Source of the DNA: Dehalococcoidia bacterium | GTDB lineage: Bacteria; Chloroflexota; Dehalococcoidia; Lucifugimonadales; UBA1123 | Direction: 5' to 3' | NCBI GenBank assembly: GCA_034428835.1 | Contig: DAOUHG010000265.1 | Span: 1,400 to 65,399 of the forward strand | Length of the DNA: 64,000 nt | Part shown: positions 37,639-48,584 of the stretch, piece by piece | Layout: each line of letters begins with the position of its first letter | How positions within the stretch are numbered: position 1 is the first letter of the stretch | Made by a program: the position numbers and the translations under genes | The notes under the pieces: model-generated | What the model was told of the DNA's origin: nothing | Seen by the model: the letters and a program-made list of their open reading frames with translations, nothing else | Database searches by the model: none

Positions 37639-38844
37639 TCACGCGCCGAACTTCTTGAGCTTCCCAGCATGGGCAAGTAGCTGAAGCATCAACGATGTGG
37701 CTTGCTGTGTGCCAAGCTGTCCCGCAGCACACGAACGCTCGTTGAACGCAGCCGATCCGGCACCAGTAGTTAAATCCGAATTGATCAGCAGTGGGACGGG
37801 ATGCCAACTGTGCGCACCAAGAACCGATGGCGTGGAGTGGTCTCCCGCCACGGCAAGGACATCCGCACCAAGGCCCAGTAGCCTTGGAATCCTCCGATCC
37901 AGTTCTTCAAGCATTTTGACCTTTTCGTCAAAGTCTCCGTCCTCTCCGGCCGCGTCCGCTGGTTTGTAATGCAGGAACGCGAAGTCATGCTCACGCATGT
38001 GCTCTTCCACGGTATCCAATTCTGCGTCGAAGTCGCGGCCTGTCGACAATACTGTCATTCCCACTAGACTCGCGAGCCCCCGATACATGGGGTAGGCTGC
38101 AACCGCGCATGGATTCAAGCCATAGCTAGGTCCGAACTGAGGCCAACTTGGAATCCTGGAGAACCCGCGCATCAGCACCATATTCGCGGTTTTCCTAGAA
38201 CCGAGAATATCCCGAGCGTTCTCTATGAACTGTGACGCTTTCTCAGCGGTCGCGCCCGACTGTTTATCAGATCCCACTGGATCCAGAGCTTGAACTCCCA
38301 GGCGCTGTGGATCAGTATCACTCACGTCCTGACCAAGGCCCTCAGCACGGAAAACGACAACGAACCTATAGTCCTGCACAGGCCTTACTAACAGCTCTGC
38401 ACCTTCGACATTGATTTCTGCCAACTGGTGCACTAGTGGTTCGGAATCCGAAGACCTAATGCGCCCTGCCCGACGATCCACAAGTAGTCCACGATCGTCG
38501 ACAGTGCAGAAATTGCCTCTCACAGCTATGTCTTCCGGTCCCAGATCGATGCCGATCCCGAGTGCCTCGAGAACACCGCGGCCAATCACGTACCTGAGCG
38601 GGTCGTAACCAAATAGAGCCAAATGCCCTGGGCCACTTCCTGGCGTTATACCAGGGCCCAAAGGGACAGTCAGCCCACATGCGCTCTTCCGGGCCAATTC
38701 GTCCAAATGTGGAGTGCGAGCCTCCTCTAGCTCCGACCTACCTGTCTCGGGCCGGGCCAATCCGCCGAGACCATCGACGACCAGCAGAATGATCTTACTG
38801 TCGTTGGGAGCGCACAGTTCGGCCAGAAATGGATGATCGATCAT
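37639..38844 (-). CDS. apgM: Cofactor-independent phosphoglycerate mutase, archaeal (ApgM) type
   Basis: 401 aa. Sequences KIILLVVDGLGG and GDHSTP; the alkaline-phosphatase-superfamily ApgM pattern. Confidence 0.8.
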   Translation of the reverse strand: MIDHPFLAELCAPNDSKIILLVVDGLGGLARPETGRSELEEARTPHLDELARKSACGLTVPLGPGITPGSGPGHLALFGYDPLRYVIGRGVLEALGIGIDLGPEDIAVRGNFCTVDDRGLLVDRRAGRIRSSDSEPLVHQLAEINVEGAELLVRPVQDYRFVVVFRAEGLGQDVSDTDPQRLGVQALDPVGSDKQSGATAEKASQFIENARDILGSRKTANMVLMRGFSRIPSWPQFGPSYGLNPCAVAAYPMYRGLASLVGMTVLSTGRDFDAELDTVEEHMREHDFAFLHYKPADAAGEDGDFDEKVKMLEELDRRIPRLLGLGADVLAVAGDHSTPSVLGAHSWHPVPLLINSDLTTGAGSAAFNERSCAAGQLGTQQATSLMLQLLAHAGKLKKFGA

Positions 38845-38891
38845 TGGTATCGCAGGCTCACGGATACTCCAGGTATTTCGACAGGGCAGGT

Positions 38892-40094
38892 CTAGGCCTG
38901 AACGTCGTCCAGGGCGTCGATCCCTGGCAGCTCCTTGCCCTCCAGGTATTCCAGAGTGGCTCCTCCACCAGTCGATACATGCGAAAACCGGTCGGAGAGG
39001 CCCATTGAGGAGACTGCATCGGACGTCGACCCGCCGCCAATTACGGTGAATGCGTTGTCAGCGCCGGCAATCGCCTCCGCGACGCCTCTAGTTCCATGGG
39101 CGAAAGGTGCCCACTCAAAAACGCCCATTGGCCCGTTCCAGACAATGGTCCGGGCGTCCGAGAGGTGCTCAGCATACAGTTTGACGGTCTCTGGGCCAAT
39201 GTCCAAAACCGGGTGACATGCAGGAGCAAGATCGGATCGGCATACTTGCCACTCTGAGTCTTCGGCAAATCGATTTGCCGCCACGACGTCAACCGGCGTG
39301 ACTACCTCATACCCTCGATGCCGAGCGTCATCCAAGATGCTTCTGGCGAGAGCACGTTCTTCGTGAATCCCCTCCCCTCTCCCCGACGCTGAATGCGCTG
39401 ACGCAAGAAATGAGGCGACCATGCCGCCGCCGATTAGAAACATATCGGCCTTCGGTGCTAGGTTCTGGATGAGAGGAAGTTTATCCATTACTTTAGCACC
39501 GCCGACGACTACGGCATACGGATTTCCAGGCTCCTCTACGACCCTGCTCAGAGCGACGATTTCTCGCTCCATAAGCAATCCAGCCGCCGCAGGAAGGTAC
39601 TGGGCAACTCCATATGTCGAGGCATGTTTCCGGTGGGCTGCTCCGAACCCATCATGCACATAGCAGTCAGCCAGGCCAGCTAGTTGCTGAGCGAATGCGG
39701 CGTCGTTGGTCTCCTCCCCCGGGTGGAACCTCAGATTCTCGAGTAGAGTGACCGATCCCTGCGGCATCTGCTGAATCGCGGCTTCTGTCTCCGGTCCAAC
39801 GCAATCGTCTACGAAAGTAACCGTCTCTCCAAGGATCTCGGATAGACGAAGCACTACAGGTGCCAGGCTAAATTCCGTGCTGCGTTGACCGCGGGGACGC
39901 CCTAAGTGAGAACACAAAATGACACGGCAGCTTCGGGACTTCAAGTATCTGATAGTATCTACAGAAGCAGCAATCCGACTGTCATCAGAAATGTTCCTGG
40001 TCCCAGGCTCAAAAGGAACGTTGTAGTCGACCCTAACCAGGACCGCGGTCCCGGGCTTCAAGGAGAGATCACGGATACTCCTTTTTCGGGACAT
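38892..40094 (-). CDS. pgk: Phosphoglycerate kinase
   Basis: Sequences VLVRVDYNVP and STGGGATLEYLEGK. ATGA overlap with the upstream gene. Confidence 0.9.
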   Translation of the reverse strand: MSRKRSIRDLSLKPGTAVLVRVDYNVPFEPGTRNISDDSRIAASVDTIRYLKSRSCRVILCSHLGRPRGQRSTEFSLAPVVLRLSEILGETVTFVDDCVGPETEAAIQQMPQGSVTLLENLRFHPGEETNDAAFAQQLAGLADCYVHDGFGAAHRKHASTYGVAQYLPAAAGLLMEREIVALSRVVEEPGNPYAVVVGGAKVMDKLPLIQNLAPKADMFLIGGGMVASFLASAHSASGRGEGIHEERALARSILDDARHRGYEVVTPVDVVAANRFAEDSEWQVCRSDLAPACHPVLDIGPETVKLYAEHLSDARTIVWNGPMGVFEWAPFAHGTRGVAEAIAGADNAFTVIGGGSTSDAVSSMGLSDRFSHVSTGGGATLEYLEGKELPGIDALDDVQA

Positions 40095-41122
40095 CAGACA
40101 GACCTGACTACGTCGCGCACAAGATTTTCAAGGTTCGCATCGCTTGCGCCGTCTTCAAGGGCGACCGCTAAGGACTCCCTAGCACGGTCGAGCTGAGAAT
40201 CGACCAGCGACCTAGTTTGTGCGGTTCCCCCAATGCAGTCAACCAGTCTTGCCAAGTTTCTGACATCGGACGGGTCCAGGACACGTTTGAAGTAGAAGTC
40301 ACCAAGCTGTCTCCGCTGCCTTGAAGTGGCCGCCTCGAACGACCAGACTACGGGATACAATTTCCGCTTGTTCATCATATCGTCGGATGGCGTGCCGCCT
40401 TCTTCGAGAGCATTGACGATTTGCTCCAGGTCATCGGCGATCTGCACGGCCACACCAAGGTTCGCGCCCCACTCTGAGAATCTGCTCCTAACGTCGGTAT
40501 CCGCGCCCGCTACCAGGGCCCCAAATTCGGCCGCACAGGCAAAGAGGGAGCCAGTCTTCAATGAGGCCATGGCAAGATATGATTCGGACGACACGTCCAG
40601 CCTCTCTTGTGCTTCAAGCTCCATAAACCTGCCTTCACAGGTCGCAAGGCTCGCACGATCCAGGATCTGAATAGCCTCGAAGACAGTCTCCGAGCCGAAT
40701 CCCCTGTCCATCATTCCAAGCAGGGCCATACGTGCAAGGGCGTGCATTCCATCGCCGGTGTTGATGGCTTGAGCTGGTCCCCACTTCCACCAGACTGAGT
40801 CCCGGCCACGCCTCTCCACCCGTCCACTTTGAATGTCATCGTGGATCTCGCAGAAGTTTTGTACGAGTTCGATCGCGGCAGCAGCTGGCAATGCATCCTC
40901 GATGTGTCCTCCAACTGAGGCGCTAGTCCCCAAGCAGATTGAACCGAGAATTCTCGGTTCCAAGCTTGAGCTACTCTCAGAATCAGACGTCCACCCCAAT
41001 TGGTGGCCCATCATTGAATAGAGCGGCAGATTGCGCTCAGCAACCACACGCCGTAACTCACTGTCGACGAGCAGACCGTACTGGTCGAGGTGTGATGAGG
41101 ATTCCAATAGTGCAACTTCCAA
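40094..41122 (-). CDS. Polyprenyl synthetase family protein (trans-isoprenyl diphosphate synthase)
   Basis: First Asp-rich motif EIHDDIQSGRVERRG; second motif VQIADDLEQ. Confidence 0.75.
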   Translation of the reverse strand: MEVALLESSSHLDQYGLLVDSELRRVVAERNLPLYSMMGHQLGWTSDSESSSSLEPRILGSICLGTSASVGGHIEDALPAAAAIELVQNFCEIHDDIQSGRVERRGRDSVWWKWGPAQAINTGDGMHALARMALLGMMDRGFGSETVFEAIQILDRASLATCEGRFMELEAQERLDVSSESYLAMASLKTGSLFACAAEFGALVAGADTDVRSRFSEWGANLGVAVQIADDLEQIVNALEEGGTPSDDMMNKRKLYPVVWSFEAATSRQRRQLGDFYFKRVLDPSDVRNLARLVDCIGGTAQTRSLVDSQLDRARESLAVALEDGASDANLENLVRDVVRSV

Positions 41123-41190
41123 AGGAGAGTCAGGGTCGCCAGAGAGGCAAGGGGAATGCCCTATCGGGCGCTCGAACCTCTGGAACGATT

Positions 41191-41829
41191 CTACATGCTA
41201 GAAACAGACCCTGTCACATGCTCTATCGCCGCCGTAGACACCACTCCCTCACGAAGAATCCTCGCCGGTTTAGAGGTCGTATCGACTACCGTAGAGGGCC
41301 TTGATGGAGTGAGTTGGCCGCCGTCGAACACAAGGTCCAGACTGGCTCCGAGCTGTTCTAACACAGAGGCTGCCGAGACCAGAGACTCAGTGCCGCTGAC
41401 GTTGGCGGACGTGGCCGTAATTGGAGCGCCCAGGGACGAAATTATCCGGTCTGGCACTGGGTGGTCGGAAATGCGCAGACCCACGGTGTCGAGACCGCCT
41501 GACACGACGTAAGGGATCCGGTCGGACTTGGACACGACGATCGTGAGTTGTCCTGGCCAGAAGGCTTCCGCTAAGGCCACTGCCTCGTCACTAATGTCAG
41601 TACCGTACCTAAAGAGGTCATCGACTTCACCGATAAGCACCGGTATGGGACTCGTATCTTCCCTGCTCTTTAGCCGGAACACTCGGCCCACCGCCTCCTC
41701 GTCAAGTGCATTCGCAGCGATGCCATACACGGTATCCGTAGGAATCCCAATGACGCCTCCCCGCTGCAAAATAGCGACCGCGCGATCTATCGATGTGGAA
41801 AGCATGTTGTGACGTTCGGATTCCTGCAC
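41191..41829 (-). CDS. tsaC: L-threonylcarbamoyladenylate synthase (TsaC/YwlC/Sua5 family)
   Basis: Sequences GGVIGIPTDTVYGIAANA and LRISDHPV. Confidence 0.8.
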   Translation of the reverse strand: MQESERHNMLSTSIDRAVAILQRGGVIGIPTDTVYGIAANALDEEAVGRVFRLKSREDTSPIPVLIGEVDDLFRYGTDISDEAVALAEAFWPGQLTIVVSKSDRIPYVVSGGLDTVGLRISDHPVPDRIISSLGAPITATSANVSGTESLVSAASVLEQLGASLDLVFDGGQLTPSRPSTVVDTTSKPARILREGVVSTAAIEHVTGSVSSM

Positions 41830-41929
41830 GTCTCTCGCTGCATGTGCCTAGCCAATCGGAGGTCATATAAATGGGAGCTCGCTTGACCCAAATATAACAC
41901 AGGTGCTAGCCTGAAACCTGATCGGAGCC

Positions 41930-43600
41930 ATGCCTGAACCCCGCCCTGAATCGTCACTTGGAACGCCTACTTCCAGTAGCAGTCTGGGGGCGTTGGCGCA
42001 CACAAATCCGGTGCCTAAGAACAACGGACAGTTGCTAGGCAGTTCCTCCGAAGCACCCGCTTCGAGAGAGTCCATCATCATTATGGACTTTGGGTCGCAG
42101 TACTCACGTCTGATTGCCCGCAGGGTCAGAGAGGCCAACGTGTATTGCGAACTGGTTCCACATTCTGCGCCCTGGGAGACGATTGAACCGCTCAATCCTA
42201 AGGGCGTGATCCTATCGGGCGGACCCGCAAGCGTCTATGAGGCGGGCGCGCCGCTTGCCCCACAGTGGGTGTACGACTCCGGCCTTCCGCTTCTGGGCAT
42301 TTGCTACGGTATGCAGGCCATGGTCCACCAGCTTGGTGGCCGTGTTGCCCCAGGGTCTCACCGCGAATACGGTTATGCAAAGCTGAGTGAGATCAGGCCC
42401 GGAGAACCGCTGTTCCTCAATGTTTCCGACTCCCCTCAGGTGTGGATGAGTCACGGCGACAATATCGTGGAGATGCCTCAGGGTTTCAGGTCGCTGGCCA
42501 GCACAGACAACTCACCGATAGCCGCACTTGGCGACGGCTCGGGGCGTCTGGGCCTGCAATTCCACCCTGAAGTCGTCCACACTCCCGAGGGATGCAGGCT
42601 GATTCGCAACTTTCTCTATGAAGTATGCGGGTGCTTAGGTTCTTGGACTCCGGGAAACTTCGTGGCGGAGTCAGTTGCCTCCATAAGAGGAAAGGTCGGG
42701 GACGGCAAGGTCATCTGCGCACTATCCGGTGGAGTGGATTCCGCAGTTGCGGCGTCCCTTGTCCATGTGGCAGTGGGAGACCAACTAACATGCGTGTTTG
42801 TCAATAACGGTCTGCTGCGCCACAGCGAGCCAGAACGCGTCAGGGACACGTTCGAGAGCTACATGGAGATGAACTTGTCCTACGTTGACGCCACCGAGCG
42901 CTTCCTGGGTGCGCTCAGAGGAGTGACTGACCCGGAAGTCAAACGCAAGATCATTGGTGAAGAGTTCATCAACGTATTTGAAGAAGAGGCTTCCACACTT
43001 GGTCAGGTGGACTTTCTCGCCCAGGGTACGCTCTACCCGGATGTAATCGAGAGCCAAGTTCCAGGCGATACCGTTTCGGCAAAGATCAAGACACACCACA
43101 ACGTGGGCGGATTGCCCGGACACATGCGAATGGACCTAGTCGAGCCTCTGCGCTTCCTGTTCAAAGACGAAGTGAGGCAGGTCGGCCTCGAGCTGGGCCT
43201 ACCGGAGGAGGTTGTTAACAGGCAGCCATTTCCGGGTCCTGGCCTCGCGATCAGGATCATCGGTGAAGTAACTCATGACGCGCTGTCAACGCTACGAGAT
43301 GCTGACCGAATAGTCATGGAAGAAGTCGAGCGCAATGGCCTTTATCACGAGCTCTGGCAGAGCTTCGCGGTTCTCACCGACTCCAGGTCCGTTGGCGTGA
43401 CCGGAGATTTCAGGACGTACGGCAACGTGATCGCCATCCGCGCGGTCACCAGCGATGATGCCATGACTGCGGACTGGGCGCGAATCCCTCACGAGGTGTT
43501 GGCGCGAATGTCGAGCAGGATCTCGAACGAGGTTCCCGGCGTCAATCGAGTCGTGTACGACATCACCAGCAAGCCTCCAGGCACGATAGAGTGGGAATGA
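41930..43600 (+). CDS. guaA: GMP synthase (glutamine-hydrolysing)
   Basis: Motifs [17 protein letters not shown] and SGGVDS; C-terminus PPGTIEWE. The track start gives a ~50-aa Ser/Pro-rich N-terminal extension, so the true start is uncertain. Confidence 0.85.
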   Translation: MPEPRPESSLGTPTSSSSLGALAHTNPVPKNNGQLLGSSSEAPASRESIIIMDFGSQYSRLIARRVREANVYCELVPHSAPWETIEPLNPKGVILSGGPASVYEAGAPLAPQWVYDSGLPLLGICYGMQAMVHQLGGRVAPGSHREYGYAKLSEIRPGEPLFLNVSDSPQVWMSHGDNIVEMPQGFRSLASTDNSPIAALGDGSGRLGLQFHPEVVHTPEGCRLIRNFLYEVCGCLGSWTPGNFVAESVASIRGKVGDGKVICALSGGVDSAVAASLVHVAVGDQLTCVFVNNGLLRHSEPERVRDTFESYMEMNLSYVDATERFLGALRGVTDPEVKRKIIGEEFINVFEEEASTLGQVDFLAQGTLYPDVIESQVPGDTVSAKIKTHHNVGGLPGHMRMDLVEPLRFLFKDEVRQVGLELGLPEEVVNRQPFPGPGLAIRIIGEVTHDALSTLRDADRIVMEEVERNGLYHELWQSFAVLTDSRSVGVTGDFRTYGNVIAIRAVTSDDAMTADWARIPHEVLARMSSRISNEVPGVNRVVYDITSKPPGTIEWE

Positions 43601-43643
43601 CCGTCGAAGTAGAACACAAGGGCTTCGGAGCCTGCCCAAGTCT

Positions 43644-44945
43644 ATGGCTTTCCTGCAACTTTCAGCTCGGGAAGCCGGGAGCGAGCTGTTGAAAGTTCTG
43701 ATAGTAGGCGGAGGCGCGCGCGAACACGCTTTAGCCTGGAAGACAGCTCAAAGTCGTCACTGCCCAGAACTCCTCATCGCTCCGGGAAACGCGGGCACAG
43801 CCGACCTTGGTCGAAATATCGAGATTGACGCTGAGGACGTGGACGGGCTGCTGGAGCTTGCCCTTCGAGAAGCCGTCGACCTTACAATAGTTGGACCGGA
43901 GGGGCCGCTCGCGGCAGGCCTAGTTGACAGATTCAACGCCTGTTCGCTGCCTGTCTTCGGCCCAACGAAGGCTGCGGCTCGTATCGAGTCCAGCAAGGCC
44001 TTCGCAAAGATGGTAATGACAGAGGCCGGAGTGCCCACTTCCCGAGCCGATGTTTACACGGACCTCGAATCTGCCATACTCCATATAGAGACGTCCGATC
44101 CACCGTTTGTCGTTAAAGCCGACGGCCTCGCCGCAGGTAAGGGTGTCCTAATTGCCCAAGACAGAGAGTCGGCGCGCGAGGCGCTGCACTCAATGTTTGT
44201 GGACCGTGCCTTTGGGAGCGCCGGAAACACTGTGCTGGTGGAGGAATGGATGGAGGGACGGGAGGTGAGTGTCTTCGCTTTCTTGGATGGCGAATACGTC
44301 TCGGAACTGACTGTCGCGTGTGACTACAAGCGCGTCTACGACAATGACATCGGACCCAACACAGGAGGCATGGGGAGTTACAGTCCCCCACCCTTTTGGG
44401 ACGCTGAGCTAGAAGAATCGGTCCGCACTCGAATCCTGCTCCCAGTGGCGAAAGAGATGGCAGACATGGGATGTCCATTCCGTGGGATACTCTACGGCGG
44501 CATCATGCTCACGGACCAAGGTCCGAGAGTGTTCGAATTCAACTGCCGGATGGGAGACCCTGAGGCTCAAGTTGTCCTGCCCAGACTGAAGTCGGACCTG
44601 CTGGATGTAGTGTTTGCGGCGATCAACGGTCATCTGTCGGAATGCAGCGTTGAGTGGTCGCCTGACCCGTGGGTTGGCATCGTGATGGCATCCGAAGGTT
44701 ATCCCGCAGCGTACGAGACAGGAGTGGATGTTAGTAGACTCCCCTCCAACACGAATGACAGCGTCATCTTTCACGCAGGTACACGCATCCACGATGGAAG
44801 TACAGTAACGTCCGGAGGAAGGGTTCTTACAGCAACAGCACGCGGCTCCGATATAGCCGACGCTCGACGCCGCGCATACGAAGTAGCAAATGAAGTCGAA
44901 TTCGCCAATGCCTATTTTAGAACAGACATCGCAGCATCAATCTGA
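43644..44945 (+). CDS. purD: Phosphoribosylamine--glycine ligase
   Basis: Sequence KVLIVGGGAREHALAW and an ATP-grasp body. TTG 43689 (GGGAG 7 nt upstream) may be the real start. Confidence 0.9.
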   Translation: MAFLQLSAREAGSELLKVLIVGGGAREHALAWKTAQSRHCPELLIAPGNAGTADLGRNIEIDAEDVDGLLELALREAVDLTIVGPEGPLAAGLVDRFNACSLPVFGPTKAAARIESSKAFAKMVMTEAGVPTSRADVYTDLESAILHIETSDPPFVVKADGLAAGKGVLIAQDRESAREALHSMFVDRAFGSAGNTVLVEEWMEGREVSVFAFLDGEYVSELTVACDYKRVYDNDIGPNTGGMGSYSPPPFWDAELEESVRTRILLPVAKEMADMGCPFRGILYGGIMLTDQGPRVFEFNCRMGDPEAQVVLPRLKSDLLDVVFAAINGHLSECSVEWSPDPWVGIVMASEGYPAAYETGVDVSRLPSNTNDSVIFHAGTRIHDGSTVTSGGRVLTATARGSDIADARRRAYEVANEVEFANAYFRTDIAASI

Positions 44946-44954
44946 GGAGGAATA

Positions 44955-45413
44955 ATGCCGCTCGTAGGAGTTTTAATGGGCAGCAGCTCTGACAGGCCCG
45001 CGATGGACGCGACTGTTGAGGTTCTCAACCAAATGGGTATCGACCACGAGGTTGAGGTAATGTCCGCCCATCGTACACCCGACAGGGTCCGCGATTATGG
45101 AGTTACCGCAAGAGACCGAGGGATTGAAGTCATCATCGCCGGTGCGGGAGGGTCCGCCGGCCTTCCGGGCGTGCTTGCATCGTGGACAACAATGCCGATT
45201 ATTGGCGTGCCAATCCCATCCAGCGACCTTAAGGGCATTGACGCGCTTTATGCCATAGCACAGATGCCTCCCGGAATACCTGTAGCGTGTGTAGCCGTGG
45301 GCTCTTGGGGGGCGCGCAACGCCGCCTTTCTCGCGGCGCAGATACTGGGCGGCAAGCACCCAGAGATCGGTCAAGCCTATGACGATTACCGAGAGGGCCT
45401 CAGAAACCGCTGA
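44955..45413 (+). CDS. purE: N5-carboxyaminoimidazole ribonucleotide mutase
   Basis: 152 aa. Motifs GSSSDRP, SAHRTP and AGGSAGLPGV. Confidence 0.9.
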   Translation: MPLVGVLMGSSSDRPAMDATVEVLNQMGIDHEVEVMSAHRTPDRVRDYGVTARDRGIEVIIAGAGGSAGLPGVLASWTTMPIIGVPIPSSDLKGIDALYAIAQMPPGIPVACVAVGSWGARNAAFLAAQILGGKHPEIGQAYDDYREGLRNR

Positions 45414-45431
45414 CGATAACGGAAAGGCAAC

Positions 45432-46724
45432 ATGATTGAACGATACGCCCGGCCTCGAATGAAGCGGGTCTGGTCCGATGAGAGTAAGTACGATAAGTGG
45501 CTGCTGGTAGAGCTTGCGGTATGCGAGGCGTGGACGGCCGCAGGGGTCATTCCTTCAGAGGACATGCACAAGCTGCGCAAGGCTCAATACGACATCGAAC
45601 GCCTGAACGAGATCCTTCGCGTAACCAGACACGACATGACCGCCTTCCTCGGTTCAGTCACCGAGGGGCTAGGGCCCGAAGGGCGCTGGCTCCACCTGGG
45701 ACTTACCACTAGCGACGTGTGGGACACCGCGACCAGTCTTCAGATGGTGGCTGCAGCTGACGCCCTCGGCGACGAGATCGACCAGTGTCTAGATGCACTT
45801 GGAAATTGCGCCCGTGAACATAAGAAGACACTAATGATGGGTCGCACCCACGGAGTACATGCTGAACCGATCACATTTGGATTGAAACTGGCCTTATGGT
45901 GGGATGAAATGAGGCGAAACCGCGAACGCCTGTGCAACGCGAGAAAGGACATAGCGGTTGGAAAGATTTCCGGGCCGGTTGGAACGCACGCCACAGTGTC
46001 GCCCGACGTCGAGGCGGCCGTGTGCAATGAACTTGGTATTGGGGCCGCGCCCGTCTCCAATCAGGTTGTGCAGCGAGATCGCCACGCCGGGTTCGTCACA
46101 ACCCTGGCGATCATAGCTGCCTCGCTGGAGAAGTTCGCGACCGAGATCCGCGGACTTCAACGTACGGAGGTTCGGGAAGTCGAGGAGCCTTTCTCCGAGG
46201 GTCAGACCGGATCGTCGTCGATGCCTCACAAGCGCAACCCAGAATTGAGCGAAAGAATCTGCGGCCTGTCTCGACTTATTCGAGGTCATGCGGTTACCGC
46301 ACTGGAGAACGTCGCCCTTTGGGGAGAGCGAGACATAAGTCACTCGTCGGCCGAGAGATTGATCCTTCCGGACTCCTGCATGGCACTGGACTATATTCTT
46401 GACCTGTTCACCGGGATCGTCACCGGAATGCGCGTTTATCCCGAGCGTATGCTTCAAAACATGGAACTAACCAGAGGACTGCTCTTCTCGCAGCGGTTGA
46501 TGCTTACCCTGATCGAGAAGGGTGTCAGCCGCGATGACGCCTACAAGGTGATGCAAACGAACTCTGCTCGCACTTGGGATGAAGACGAGGACTTTCGAGA
46601 TCTCGTTCGTCGCGATCCAACCGTGACCAAGTACATCAGCCAGTCCGAGCTGAGCGGCACATTTGACTATGGCTACTACGTCCGATTCGTGGATGAAGTT
46701 TTCGATCGAATCGGCCTAAATTAA
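45432..46724 (+). CDS. purB: Adenylosuccinate lyase
   Basis: 430 aa. Fumarate-lyase signature GQTGSSSMPHKRNP. Confidence 0.9.
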   Translation: MIERYARPRMKRVWSDESKYDKWLLVELAVCEAWTAAGVIPSEDMHKLRKAQYDIERLNEILRVTRHDMTAFLGSVTEGLGPEGRWLHLGLTTSDVWDTATSLQMVAAADALGDEIDQCLDALGNCAREHKKTLMMGRTHGVHAEPITFGLKLALWWDEMRRNRERLCNARKDIAVGKISGPVGTHATVSPDVEAAVCNELGIGAAPVSNQVVQRDRHAGFVTTLAIIAASLEKFATEIRGLQRTEVREVEEPFSEGQTGSSSMPHKRNPELSERICGLSRLIRGHAVTALENVALWGERDISHSSAERLILPDSCMALDYILDLFTGIVTGMRVYPERMLQNMELTRGLLFSQRLMLTLIEKGVSRDDAYKVMQTNSARTWDEDEDFRDLVRRDPTVTKYISQSELSGTFDYGYYVRFVDEVFDRIGLN

Positions 46725-46754
46725 CATCGAATCCACGGAGGAGTCACAGACCCC

Positions 46755-47630
46755 ATGACAGCCATCACAGAGACCAATCTGCCCGATCTGCTCTATCGAG
46801 GCAAGGTTAGAGACACCTATCCGGTGGACGATGACAAGCTGTTGATGATCGCTACCGACCGCATTTCGGCGTTCGACGTCGTGCTACCCACCGGCATTCC
46901 CAACAAAGGAGCCGTACTCAATCAGATCTCCGCGTTCTGGTTCGACAAGACCTCCCATATCGTCCCAAACCACTTAATCGAGTTGGCGGCGGACCGTTCA
47001 GACCTTAACATCCCTGACGAGGTCACCAAGCGCGCGATGGTCGTCAAGAAGGCTGACAGGATCGACGTCGAGTGCGTCGTACGTGGCTTCATCACGGGCT
47101 CAGCCTGGTCTGAATACAAGAAGTCAGGAACAGTACAGGACAGACCTATGCCAGCTGGTCTTCAGGAAGGCGACCAGTTTCCAGAAGTGCTCTTCACTCC
47201 TACCACTAAGGCTGAGGTCGGGCACGACGAAAACATGAGCTATGACGAAGTCATTGGCATGGTCGGACAGGAAATGGCCGACCGGCTGCGCGACACCACG
47301 ATTGAGGTTTACGAGTTCGCCAGAGACTTCGCGAAAGAGCGGGGAATAATAATTGCGGACACCAAGTTGGAATTCGGCACAATCGACGGCGAGTTGACAC
47401 TCATCGATGAGCTCTTGACGCCGGACTCCAGCAGATTCTGGGACGTAACCGGATACGAGCCCGGAAAGTCTCAGCCCAATTTCGACAAACAGTTTGTTCG
47501 GGACTGGCTGGATGCCTCAGGATGGGATCACGAGCCACCGGCACCAGAGTTGCCCGAGGACGTCGTAGCTAGGACAACCGAGCGTTATGCCGAAGCGTTC
47601 AGCAAGCTCACGGGGCTTGAGCTTCAATAG
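46755..47630 (+). CDS. purC: Phosphoribosylaminoimidazole-succinocarboxamide synthase
   Basis: Sequences LYRGKVRDTY, ATDRISAFD and IADTKLEFG. Confidence 0.9.
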   Translation: MTAITETNLPDLLYRGKVRDTYPVDDDKLLMIATDRISAFDVVLPTGIPNKGAVLNQISAFWFDKTSHIVPNHLIELAADRSDLNIPDEVTKRAMVVKKADRIDVECVVRGFITGSAWSEYKKSGTVQDRPMPAGLQEGDQFPEVLFTPTTKAEVGHDENMSYDEVIGMVGQEMADRLRDTTIEVYEFARDFAKERGIIIADTKLEFGTIDGELTLIDELLTPDSSRFWDVTGYEPGKSQPNFDKQFVRDWLDASGWDHEPPAPELPEDVVARTTERYAEAFSKLTGLELQ

Positions 47631-47659
47631 TATCCAGCCGCCGGGGAGTCGAAATACAC

Positions 47660-48310
47660 ATGGCAACAGCACCGGGAGGCAGTACCTCTCGAACGAGACT
47701 GACACCCACCCAGGCCCGTCGTGCACGACGGGCCCGTAGGCAAAGACGTCGTCGCATCTACATATGGGCTGGAGGCATCGCAGTCGGGTTGATCGCATCT
47801 ACCCTCGTACTGTCGATTATTCTACCAGGACTCCCACTGCAGAACCTCTTCCAGGGAGGTACTCCCGACGGTCCAGGCCTCCGAATCGAGAATCAGGGCC
47901 AGACGCATGTGAGTCCAGGAGAGGACCATCCCCAGTACAATTCGGTCCCGCCAACTTCTGGCTGGCACTACGACCTACCGCTCGCACCGGCCCGCTGGGG
48001 AATCTACGACGAGCCAATTGCAGACGAGGTGTTGCTGCACAATCTGGAGCACGGGTATATCAACGTTCACTACGACTGTCCGGAGGGGTGCCCTGAACTC
48101 GAGGCGCAGCTTACCGGGCTGGTACAAGAGGGGATCGACGGCGGTGGGAAGCTGCTGATGAGCCCATACACTGGTATGGACAATCGAATCGCTCTGACAG
48201 CCTGGACATTCCTGGATCGGTTCGATGAGTTTGACGAGGATCGAATTCGATCCTTTGTCAACGCTCATGAGAGTTCGCCAAACGCGCCTGAGTACAGGTT
48301 GCCACGGTAA
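47660..48310 (+). CDS. Membrane-anchored hypothetical protein (DUF3105-like)
   Basis: Arg-rich N-terminus, one TM helix (IWAGGIAVGLIASTLVLSIIL), then PPTSGWHY...LHNLEHGYINVHYDCPEGCPEL. Confidence 0.6.
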   Translation: MATAPGGSTSRTRLTPTQARRARRARRQRRRRIYIWAGGIAVGLIASTLVLSIILPGLPLQNLFQGGTPDGPGLRIENQGQTHVSPGEDHPQYNSVPPTSGWHYDLPLAPARWGIYDEPIADEVLLHNLEHGYINVHYDCPEGCPELEAQLTGLVQEGIDGGGKLLMSPYTGMDNRIALTAWTFLDRFDEFDEDRIRSFVNAHESSPNAPEYRLPR

Positions 48311-48315
48311 GCGTA

Positions 48316-48579
48316 ATGTTTCTCGCCAGAATCTACATCACGCTGAAACCCAGCGTCAACGACCCTCAAGGCCTAACCATCCTTGGGGGACTACACCAGC
48401 TAGGCTTCGACACGGTCGCCGACGTGCGGGCGGGCAAGTACATGGAGATCAGGCTAGATCAAGAGGACGTTGACGAAGCGGGCGACCGGGTATCGGAAAT
48501 GTGCGATCAACTCTTGGCTAATCCCATTATTGAGGAATTCAGATTCGAGTTGGAATCGATCGAACCCGCTTCACCATAA
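48316..48579 (+). CDS. purS: Phosphoribosylformylglycinamidine synthase subunit PurS
   Basis: 87 aa. Sequence ITLKPSVNDPQGLTILGGLHQLGF. Confidence 0.85.
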   Translation: MFLARIYITLKPSVNDPQGLTILGGLHQLGFDTVADVRAGKYMEIRLDQEDVDEAGDRVSEMCDQLLANPIIEEFRFELESIEPASP

Positions 48580-48584
48580 CTGTC

